This document shows, one piece after another, positions 41,723 through 48,786 of a stretch of DNA of 48,786 nt. Positions within the stretch are counted from its first letter, which is position 1. Each line of letters starts with the position of its first letter. Source of the stretch: Micavibrio sp. UBA1664 (lineage in GTDB: Bacteria; Pseudomonadota; Alphaproteobacteria; Micavibrionales; UBA1664); contig DCKW01000050.1 of assembly GCA_002320485.1 (NCBI GenBank), positions 1 through 48,786 of the forward strand. Direction: 5' to 3'. A program made the position numbers and the translations under genes. The notes under the pieces are model-generated. The model saw nothing but the letters and a program-made list of their open reading frames with translations. It did no database searches and had not been told where the DNA came from.

Positions 41723-42084
41723 TCGCTTTTTCAAGCTATATTACAACCGTCAAAAATATTTATGTTTCTGGCGGGTTTTCTGCATGTATTTCAAAGACAT
41801 AGGCAAGATAATTTCTTTTTTAAAAAACTTATTTTTTTCGCTTGAAATAATCCCCAATTATTTTTAAGGTCAAAAGATATCCAGTCATTCAAAAGCTGAT
41901 TGAGATGAAGAAAAACGGTCTTGTAAAAATAAGACTTAATAACGACGTAAAAATTATAAAAAATCAGCTTTGAGGTCATTGCTCACGAGCATGGCAGGCA
42001 TAAATTCACCTGAATTTGCGCCAAAGGATTTTTTTGCCCTGTTGACAGGGAGCAATGAATATACTTGGGAAGGAAAAATAACTG

Positions 42085-43521
42085 ATGAATACAGAAGGGG
42101 GAAATGATATGCCATCGTCAAACGTCGTTGCCATGAAACAATTTAACGTCGAGCCATCCGCAGATATAATGGGCGCATGGCAGTCAGTCTATGGCAAAAT
42201 GCGTGACGAATTCGGCGAAGGCGTTTACCGAAGCTGGCTTAAACCCATGCAGTTGCAGGCTTATTATGAAGGCACAATGGAAATTTCCGTCCCAACACGT
42301 TTCATGCGTGACTGGATTCAAAACCATTATCTGGACCAAATATTAAGAATGTTAAAGACGGAAAATGCCGAAATTGCGCGTCTGCAATTTGTCGTGTCGG
42401 TCCAAAATCAAATACAAACACCGGAAACAGACCACTTATCAGCAAAAACAAAACCGATAACAGCTGCCGCGAAATCCTCATCCAAAGTAGATGAAGAGCC
42501 GCTTTCCGCCCCTCTTGACCCCCGCTTTACTTTTGACACATTCGTTGTGGGCGAGCCCAATGCGTTTGCCCATGCCGCATGCCGCCGCGTTATCGAAGCC
42601 GAGGGCATGCCTTTCAATCCGCTATACATCTATGGGTCTGTCGGCCTGGGTAAAACCCACCTGATGCATGCGATGGCTCGCGCTTTACGTGAAAAAGGCA
42701 AAGGCGAGGTTGTGTATCTTTCTGCGGAAAAGTTTATGTATCAATTCGTTAAAGCCTTACGTGCCAACGATTCCATGTCATTCAAAGAAAAACTCCGTAA
42801 TGTGGATATCCTGATGATTGATGATATTCAATTCATCGCGGGCAAGGAGTCCACACAAGAGGAATTTTTTCACACATTCAATGCTTTGGTTGATAATGGT
42901 AAGCAAATTATCATTGCCGGCGACCGCGCACCGATGGATCTGGAAGGTCTTGATGAACGCTTGAAATCCCGTATGGGATGGGGGCTGGTTGCCGATATTC
43001 GCCCCTCCACACTCGATTTGCGTTTAAATATCGTCAATCACAAGGCCGATATGATGGGATTGGAATTGCCGGAGGATGTTTCCGTCTTTCTGGCCAATAA
43101 AATTACATCCAACATTCGTGAACTGGAAGGGGCGCTTAACCGCTTAGCCGTTCAATCGGATATGAGCGGAAAAACCACTACATTAGACGCGGCGACAGAT
43201 ATCCTGTCCGACGTTTTAAGGTCTTACGAACGCCGTATTACGATTGATGAAATTCAGCGCAAAGTGGCGGAACATTATACTTTACGCCTGTCAGATATGC
43301 ATTCAGCCCGCAGATCACGCAATGTTGCCCGCCCGCGTCAAATTGCAATGTATTTGTGCAAAAAACTGACACCGCGGTCATTGCCTGAAATCGGTCGCAA
43401 ATTCGGCGGACGCGATCACACAACCGTCATGCATGCCGTTCGCAAAATCGAGGAAATGGTGGGCGAGGATATTTCTTTTGCCGATGAAGTAAAATTGATT
43501 ACGCGTAAATTAAAGGGATAA
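42085..43521 (+). CDS. dnaA: chromosomal replication initiator protein DnaA
   Basis: AAA+ Walker A is GSVGLGKTHL. Walker B is MIDDIQF, followed by sensor motifs. The C-terminal DNA-binding helix region is GRKFGGRDHTTVMHAVRKI. An alternative start is the ATG at 42109, which has the better SD (GGGGGA). Confidence 0.95.
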   Translation: MNTEGGNDMPSSNVVAMKQFNVEPSADIMGAWQSVYGKMRDEFGEGVYRSWLKPMQLQAYYEGTMEISVPTRFMRDWIQNHYLDQILRMLKTENAEIARLQFVVSVQNQIQTPETDHLSAKTKPITAAAKSSSKVDEEPLSAPLDPRFTFDTFVVGEPNAFAHAACRRVIEAEGMPFNPLYIYGSVGLGKTHLMHAMARALREKGKGEVVYLSAEKFMYQFVKALRANDSMSFKEKLRNVDILMIDDIQFIAGKESTQEEFFHTFNALVDNGKQIIIAGDRAPMDLEGLDERLKSRMGWGLVADIRPSTLDLRLNIVNHKADMMGLELPEDVSVFLANKITSNIRELEGALNRLAVQSDMSGKTTTLDAATDILSDVLRSYERRITIDEIQRKVAEHYTLRLSDMHSARRSRNVARPRQIAMYLCKKLTPRSLPEIGRKFGGRDHTTVMHAVRKIEEMVGEDISFADEVKLITRKLKG

Positions 43522-44355
43522 TCTGGCATACCCTTGCCGACGACCGCTTATACTCTCAAAAGCATTGATCGTCCCGGTCAATGCTTTTTTTAGTTTGCTT
43601 TTGGTTGCATTGGCCCTTACCGGATCAAGTTGCGGCATATGATCCCCATCGGCAGAGTTGTCGCGCATATAGGTATTATATTTTAATTCGATCATACAGG
43701 CCTCGACATTAGGCTGCGCCCCGTAATGACGGACAATATGCCCCCCTGAAAATTGCGGAAGACTTGCCAGAGTAAAACCTTGAGCATTGAAATCACGACT
43801 CAATTGATCTTTAAGGTCTGCGCCCTTATCACCATGTCGCCCAGCCCCAAGACAAATATCAGCCTCGGTTTCTACGGCAAAACTGTGCATGTCGAGAACA
43901 TAGGCATGTCCAAAACGCTCTATTTTGGCATTTATAGTTTCTTGTAAGATTGCATGAAACGGCCGATAAAAATGAGCGATACGAAATTCCTCCCTTAAAT
44001 CACATCCGGCGTCTTTTAAAATAGGGTCGCCCCATGTGTCTTTGGTGTAAATCAAGCTGCTGCGATAGCTTTGACCGCCGCTTAACTGCTCCAATCCTCG
44101 GTTCACATCAATAACATAACGGCTAAAATCAGCCTCGATTGTTGTGACACCCAACTCAGGTAAAAAATCGTAAATGTCTTGAAGGTGCCAATCGGTATTC
44201 CGTAAACGCGACAGATGGGTTTGGGTATAAAGACCCTTCAGTAAGGGCGGAATGTAGGTACCGCTATGCGGAATACTTGCCACAAACGGGGTTTCATATC
44301 CGTGTGGATGATGAACAGTAACAGGTGCTTTTGTGAATTCGGTTATCCTTTCCAT
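43510..44355 (-). CDS. N-formylglutamate amidohydrolase (FGase) family protein
   Basis: IPHSGTYIPP, DVNR and YVLDMHSF are FGase-family motifs. It is convergent with dnaA, and the 3' ends overlap by 12 nt. Confidence 0.7.
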   Translation of the reverse strand: MERITEFTKAPVTVHHPHGYETPFVASIPHSGTYIPPLLKGLYTQTHLSRLRNTDWHLQDIYDFLPELGVTTIEADFSRYVIDVNRGLEQLSGGQSYRSSLIYTKDTWGDPILKDAGCDLREEFRIAHFYRPFHAILQETINAKIERFGHAYVLDMHSFAVETEADICLGAGRHGDKGADLKDQLSRDFNAQGFTLASLPQFSGGHIVRHYGAQPNVEACMIELKYNTYMRDNSADGDHMPQLDPVRANATKSKLKKALTGTINAFESISGRRQGYARLSL

Positions 44356-44367
44356 ATCGCTTCTTTT

Positions 44368-44376
44368 TTATCCACA
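44368..44376 (+). promoter_or_regulatory. perfect DnaA box TTATCCACA
   Basis: Exact 9-mer in the divergent hutG-like/dnaN intergenic region. Confidence 0.6.
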
Positions 44377-44393
44377 CTGGTAATTGATTTTTC

Positions 44394-44421
44394 CCGTCAA
44401 AGTCAAGCATTGTCTTGACGG
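44394..44421. repeat. inverted repeat CCGTCAA...TTGACGG (with a nested GTCAAG/CTTGAC alternative) upstream of dnaN
   Basis: Read directly from the sequence. The outer stem is 7 bp and the inner stem is 6 bp. Confidence 0.5.
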
Positions 44422-44485
44422 AAAATCGTTTCTGGTTAATATCAATCCAAAGAATTGACCGGAAGACGAGAAGGACATACAAACA

Positions 44486-45604
44486 ATGAAACTGACCATT
44501 GATCGCGCTGATCTTATGAGAGCGTTAAGCCACGTACAATCTGTTGTCGAGCGTAGAAATACCATACCTATTTTATCGAATGTGCGCCTTGACGCCATGG
44601 ACGGCATATTGACATTGACAGCTACCGATATGGATCTGGAAATTAACGAGTCCGTTGCCGCATCAGTAGAGACCGAAGGTGCGACAACCGTTCCGGCCCA
44701 TACCTTTCATGACATTGTCCGTAAACTGCCTGACGATGCCAAAGTTGAACTTGTTTTGGAACCCGGTGGCGGTATGATGACCGTTACGGCAGGCCGTTCC
44801 AAATTCAAGCTATCATGTTTACCTGTCGCAGATTTTCCGGAATTAGGATCAGGCGATATGGATGTGTCTTTCCAGATTGCCGCGGGTGACTTGCGCGAAC
44901 TGGTTGACCGCACCCGTTTTGCCATGTCAAACGACGAAACACGCTATTATTTAAACGGGGCCTATTTCCATGCGGCGGATGCCAATGGTGTATCGGTATT
45001 GAGAACTGTTGCCACTGACGGACACCGTCTGGCACAACATGAAATGCCTTTGCCAGAAGGTGCGTCCAACATGCCGGGTGTTATTATTCCGCGTAAAGCC
45101 GTGGCCGAAATCCGCAAGCTTGCCGATGAAGCAGCCGCCCCGATTACAATTGAAATTTCCGAAAATAAAATTCGTTTTGCCTTTGACCATATTGTTATGA
45201 CGTCGAAATTGATCGACGGGACGTTTCCTGATTACCAAAAGGTTATCCCGCAAGGCAACGACAAAATTGTTGAGGTGAATCCGAAAATCTTCACCAGCGC
45301 GATCGACCGTGTTTCCACGATCTCCAACGAAAAAACACGCGCGGTGAAGCTGGCGATTGACGGTAATACAATGACCTTGAGCGCACAAAGTCCGGATGCA
45401 GGATCGGCAACCGAAGATATCGAAATTTCAAACGATAACACCGCACTCGAAATCGGGTTTAATTCCCGTTACCTACTGGATATCACCGCACAAATCGGCA
45501 GCGAACGGTGCCGCATTACACTGGCGGATGCGGGCGGCCCGACAATTTTACAGGATATGGATGATACGTCCGCCCTGTATGTTCTGATGCCGTTACGCGT
45601 TTAA
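44486..45604 (+). CDS. dnaN: DNA polymerase III beta sliding clamp
   Basis: MKLTIDRADLMRALSHVQSVVERRNTIPILSNV is a canonical DnaN N-terminus. 372 aa with a C-terminal LMPLRV. Confidence 0.95.
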   Translation: MKLTIDRADLMRALSHVQSVVERRNTIPILSNVRLDAMDGILTLTATDMDLEINESVAASVETEGATTVPAHTFHDIVRKLPDDAKVELVLEPGGGMMTVTAGRSKFKLSCLPVADFPELGSGDMDVSFQIAAGDLRELVDRTRFAMSNDETRYYLNGAYFHAADANGVSVLRTVATDGHRLAQHEMPLPEGASNMPGVIIPRKAVAEIRKLADEAAAPITIEISENKIRFAFDHIVMTSKLIDGTFPDYQKVIPQGNDKIVEVNPKIFTSAIDRVSTISNEKTRAVKLAIDGNTMTLSAQSPDAGSATEDIEISNDNTALEIGFNSRYLLDITAQIGSERCRITLADAGGPTILQDMDDTSALYVLMPLRV

Positions 45605-45633
45605 TTGCACTGAAAAAAAATGAAATTGTTAAT

Positions 45634-45662
45634 AGCCCCCTGCCCGTGCAGGGGGTATTCTT
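45634..45662 (+). terminator. putative terminator after dnaN
   Basis: CCCCCTGC-ccgt-GCAGGGGG is a perfect 8-bp stem. The downstream T-tract is weak (TATTCTT). Confidence 0.5.
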
Positions 45663-45668
45663 ATAAAA

Positions 45669-46796
45669 ATGACACATATCGCCTCCCTCACCCTGACTGC
45701 CTTTCGTAATTACGAGGCCACCTCTATTGATGGGTTAGAGAATAATTTTATCGTCCTGATCGGCGAAAACGGCGCAGGGAAAACAAATTGCATGGAGGCC
45801 ATTTCAATCCTGTCACCCGGACGCGGTTTGCGCGGTGCCACTGTTATGGAATGCCAATCACAATCCGTTAAAACACCTTGGGCCGTGTCCGCATCGATTA
45901 TCGACAAAGATGGTGATGCGACACGCCTTGGCGTGGGGCGCGATCCGCAAAAGCCTGATAAAAAGATCGTTCGGGCCGATGGAGATACACTTAAAAATCA
46001 ACAGGAGCTGGGGGATGTATTACGCACAATCTGGCTGACACCCCAGATGGACGGTCTGTTTTTACAAGGCGGATCGGAACGGCGCCGCTTTTTCGACCGT
46101 CTGGTTGCCAGTTTTGATCCAGCGCATACAGGTCGTATGACCCGATACGAGAAAGCCATGCGTGACCGTTTAACCCTTCTTAAAGCCGAGGCCGAGGCAG
46201 GAAACACCGCTGACCCGACATGGTTGGCCGCATTGGAATCTATTATGGCGGAAACGTCCGTGGCCATCGCCGCTGCGCGTATTGAAACGCGAAACCGCCT
46301 GCAATATGTTATCAATCATGCAACTTTGAGCGAATTTCCCTCGGCAATTATCGATTTAAGCGGTGAGGTTGAAGAAGCCCTGAGCAAACGAACCGCCCTC
46401 AGTGTCGAGGACATGGTTCGTGATCGCCTGATAAATATTCGGAAGGCCGACGGGCATACAGGCCGCACCAATTTCGGCGTACAACGCACCGATATGGCTG
46501 TCACCTATAATGAAAAAAATGTCGGCGCCGCGCAATGTTCAACAGGGGAACAAAAGGCGTTGCTCACGACCATCATCCTTGCCCATGCCCGCATGGTGGC
46601 CGCGCGATACGGCGCCCCTCCTTTATTATTATTTGATGAGGTGGCCGCCCATTTTGATAAAAAACGTCGGGATGCTTTATTCGACGTGTTGAAAGCGTTT
46701 AAAACGCAGATATGGTTGTCAGGTCAGGACAGGGAACAATTTGCAAATCTGGATAACAGTCATATATTACATATTCATAACAATGTTATTTTATGA
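45669..46796 (+). CDS. recF: DNA replication and repair protein RecF
   Basis: LTLTAFRNY and Walker A GENGAGKTN are present. The signature is SxGEQK (STGEQKAL). Walker D is LLLFDEV. Confidence 0.93.
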   Translation: MTHIASLTLTAFRNYEATSIDGLENNFIVLIGENGAGKTNCMEAISILSPGRGLRGATVMECQSQSVKTPWAVSASIIDKDGDATRLGVGRDPQKPDKKIVRADGDTLKNQQELGDVLRTIWLTPQMDGLFLQGGSERRRFFDRLVASFDPAHTGRMTRYEKAMRDRLTLLKAEAEAGNTADPTWLAALESIMAETSVAIAAARIETRNRLQYVINHATLSEFPSAIIDLSGEVEEALSKRTALSVEDMVRDRLINIRKADGHTGRTNFGVQRTDMAVTYNEKNVGAAQCSTGEQKALLTTIILAHARMVAARYGAPPLLLFDEVAAHFDKKRRDALFDVLKAFKTQIWLSGQDREQFANLDNSHILHIHNNVIL

Positions 46797-47354
46797 TGAA
46801 ATTTTTTCGACCCGCATTGTATATATCAATCCCATCGCTCCCTGTTTCACCTCACCATTTTTAACGGAGGCAAACACCTTGAAACTGATATCATTATCAG
46901 GAATACGATACTCATATTGCAAAGACCCCATCATATCGCTGATATTTTTTTTGATCGGGGTGATCTGTATTCCTTTAATTTGAGCAAAGCCCTTCATCGC
47001 CTGTTTGAATTCGGCCTCGACATCGGCAAAACGAAGTTGTTTATCACCAACGAACTGACAACTGCCGGCAGAAGGGTCAATTACCGCAACAAAATTGGCT
47101 TTGGTAAAATTGAATCCCCAAACCTTGCTTTCCGGTCCCGCTTCCAGATTTTTACGAAAGGCGACCGCCTCATTTTCCGGTAATTGCTTGAAGTTGGAGA
47201 GTAACTGCGCAACACGTTCGGGATTAGTTACACTACCCATACAGACATCATGGAAAATCCGCACCGATGCCATGGCAATTTCATTTTGATCATCAGCCTT
47301 TACGGGAAATGAAAATGAGAGAAAACCCATTAAAAACAAAAGAAAAAGGCGCAT
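46791..47354 (-). CDS. hypothetical secreted protein (187 aa)
   Basis: Signal peptide ..SFPVKAD. Its 3' end overlaps the recF stop by 6 nt. No family recognised. Confidence 0.5.
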   Translation of the reverse strand: MRLFLLFLMGFLSFSFPVKADDQNEIAMASVRIFHDVCMGSVTNPERVAQLLSNFKQLPENEAVAFRKNLEAGPESKVWGFNFTKANFVAVIDPSAGSCQFVGDKQLRFADVEAEFKQAMKGFAQIKGIQITPIKKNISDMMGSLQYEYRIPDNDISFKVFASVKNGEVKQGAMGLIYTMRVEKISS

Positions 47355-47499
47355 GACAATATTCTCCTACCCTTTTATTATAAACTTTTATTAGAATTTT
47401 TGAAAGCCCTTGTGAATAACCGTTAAAAAATGACAAAAAGCCTAGGTTTAGCGCACCTTGCAAGGTATAATCCGGTATTCAATTCAAGAGGAAATATTT

Positions 47500-48786
47500 A
47501 TGGCTGACAATACGGCAGAAGAGCTCCCAGCAAACACGGCAAATACTGTCGAATATGGCGCGGATTCAATCAAGGTTTTAAAAGGGCTCGACGCCGTTCG
47601 CAAACGCCCGGGCATGTATATCGGCGATACCGATGACGGTACGGGCCTCCACCACATGGTGTTCGAGGTGTCGGACAATGCCATCGACGAAGCCTTGGCC
47701 GGTCACTGCGACCTGGTGCTGATCGAGCTCAATTCCGATGGCTCCGTCAGCGTGGAAGACAATGGCCGCGGCATTCCGGTCGACATGCACAAGGGCGAAG
47801 GCGTCTCCGCCGCAGAGGTCATCATGACCCAGCTGCACGCGGGCGGCAAGTTCGAGAACACCAGCGACGACAATGCCTACAAGGTATCGGGCGGCCTGCA
47901 CGGCGTGGGCGTTTCGGTCGTCAACGCGCTGTCCGAATGGCTGGAACTGGTCATCTGGCGCGATGGCAAGGAACACTGGATGCGCTTCGAACATGGCGAT
48001 GCCGTGGAGAGCCTGCGCGTCGTGGGCGATGCCCCGCCAGTCGAATCGAATGGCGACGATAACGGCCTCAAGAAAGGCACGCGCGTCACCTTCAAGGCAT
48101 CGGAAGATACCTTCAAGAACGTGACCGAGTTCGATTTCGACAAGCTGGAACACCGCTATCGCGAACTGGCCTTCCTCAATTCGGGCGTGCACATCCTGCT
48201 GCGCGACAAGCGTCACGAAGAACCGCTGGAACACGATCTGTTCTATGAAGGCGGCATCGCGGCCTTCGTGAAATATCTGGATCGCAACAAGCAGGCGCTG
48301 GTCGCCGAACCGATCTCGGTCAGCGCGGAGAAGGAAGGCATCGGCATCGATGTCGCGCTGGAATGGAACGATTCCTATTACGAGAACGTGCTGTGCTTCA
48401 CCAACAACATCCCGCAGCGTGACGGCGGCACCCATCTGGCCGCCTTCCGCGCGGCGCTGACGCGCACGCTCAACAATTATGCCACTTCGTCGGGCCTGAT
48501 GAAGAAGGAAAAGGTTTCGCTTTCGGGCGAGGATATGCGCGAAGGCCTGACCGCCATCGTTTCGGTCAAGCTGCCCGATCCCAAGTTCGGATCACAGACC
48601 AAGGACAAGCTGGTTTCTTCCGAAGTGCGCCAGCCGCTGGAATCGCTCATGGGCGAAAAGATGGGCGAATGGCTGGAAGAAAATCCCAATGACGCCAAGC
48701 AGATCATCCAGAAGGTGATCGATGCCGCCGCCGCCCGCGAAGCCGCGCGCCGCGCCCGCGAGATGAGCCGCAAGGGCGCGATGAGC
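47500..48786 (+). CDS. gyrB: DNA gyrase subunit B, 3'-truncated by window end
   Basis: Absent from the ORF track because there is no stop in the window. ATG 47500 has RBS AAGAGGAAA. The translation MADNTAEE...[51 protein letters not shown]...GRGIPVD...LHAGGKF...[19 protein letters not shown]...QTKDKL is canonical GyrB. 429 codons remain in frame to the last base. Confidence 0.95.
   Translation, partial: MADNTAEELPANTANTVEYGADSIKVLKGLDAVRKRPGMYIGDTDDGTGLHHMVFEVSDNAIDEALAGHCDLVLIELNSDGSVSVEDNGRGIPVDMHKGEGVSAAEVIMTQLHAGGKFENTSDDNAYKVSGGLHGVGVSVVNALSEWLELVIWRDGKEHWMRFEHGDAVESLRVVGDAPPVESNGDDNGLKKGTRVTFKASEDTFKNVTEFDFDKLEHRYRELAFLNSGVHILLRDKRHEEPLEHDLFYEGGIAAFVKYLDRNKQALVAEPISVSAEKEGIGIDVALEWNDSYYENVLCFTNNIPQRDGGTHLAAFRAALTRTLNNYATSSGLMKKEKVSLSGEDMREGLTAIVSVKLPDPKFGSQTKDKLVSSEVRQPLESLMGEKMGEWLEENPNDAKQIIQKVIDAAAAREAARRAREMSRKGAMS

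Noticed and set aside
41791-41979. 62-aa minus-strand ORF in the rpsT-dnaA spacer.
   Set aside because: It lies entirely in the AT-rich non-coding stretch. The translation is dominated by F/K/N/L/I from A/T-rich codons, and there is no RBS. It is most likely a chance ORF.
47578-48435. 285-aa ORF on the minus strand, plus the 98-aa ORF at 48477-48773 and the short ORFs at 47873-48124 and 47877-48143.
   Set aside because: These lie antisense or out of frame to a canonical, fully conserved GyrB reading frame. The translations are Ala/Arg/Val-rich and low in complexity, as expected for stop-poor frames in ~60-65% GC DNA. I saw no RBS.
1-48786. CRISPR arrays, rRNA genes, insertion sequences and long tandem or dispersed repeats.
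   Set aside because: Reading both strands, I saw no periodic repeat-spacer pattern, no rRNA-like conserved blocks and no transposase-like ORF. Only short hairpins and terminators were found, and those are listed as features. A computational repeat search (for example self-dot-plot, CRISPRCasFinder) would be needed to exclude short dispersed repeats.

Overview
This is a low-GC (about 40% by eye) alphaproteobacterium-like chromosomal segment. It ends in the origin-proximal housekeeping block mutM-rpsT-dnaA-(hutG-like)-dnaN-recF-gyrB.
(i) 0.6-13.2 kb is a stress/envelope neighbourhood: FNT transporter fragment, OmpA-like, MgtC, glycine-zipper lipoprotein, ZntB, GdhA, PRC-barrel, DUF2383-like, OmpR-type regulator, ECF sigma factor, CHASE3 hybrid kinase, UPF0391, DUF883, MscS. 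It carries repeated GGAAC-N16/17-CGT(T/A) ECF-type promoter motifs.
(ii) 13.3-18.9 kb is the known four-gene ligase-associated DNA-damage-response module: PdeM, Lhr-like helicase, beta-CASP exonuclease, ATP-dependent ligase.
(iii) 18.95-19.08 kb holds a complete TPP riboswitch with a terminator/antiterminator. Its only downstream gene is an Hpt phosphotransfer protein, which lies next to a 1356-aa MASE1-CHASE-PAS hybrid kinase.
(iv) 25.4-35.1 kb is an accessory-looking block ending at tRNA-Thr. It contains ORFans, a CooC/MinD-type ATPase and a five-gene operon (PLP decarboxylase, CysK-like/rhodanese fusion, MacB-type ABC ATPase, His-rich permease, DUF3299). The ATPase gene and the operon are each preceded by a Zur-box-like palindrome. 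This is my best candidate for an undescribed zinc-starvation metallophore/uptake system.
(v) 35.3-39.6 kb is an isolated DotM-x-DotL (type IVB coupling protein) trio.
(vi) About 80 nt inside gyrB the composition jumps to roughly 60-65% GC, which suggests a chimeric join or allele replacement.
I saw no rRNA, CRISPR array, transposase or integrase. All calls come from reading the sequence and from remembered family motifs; no searches were run.
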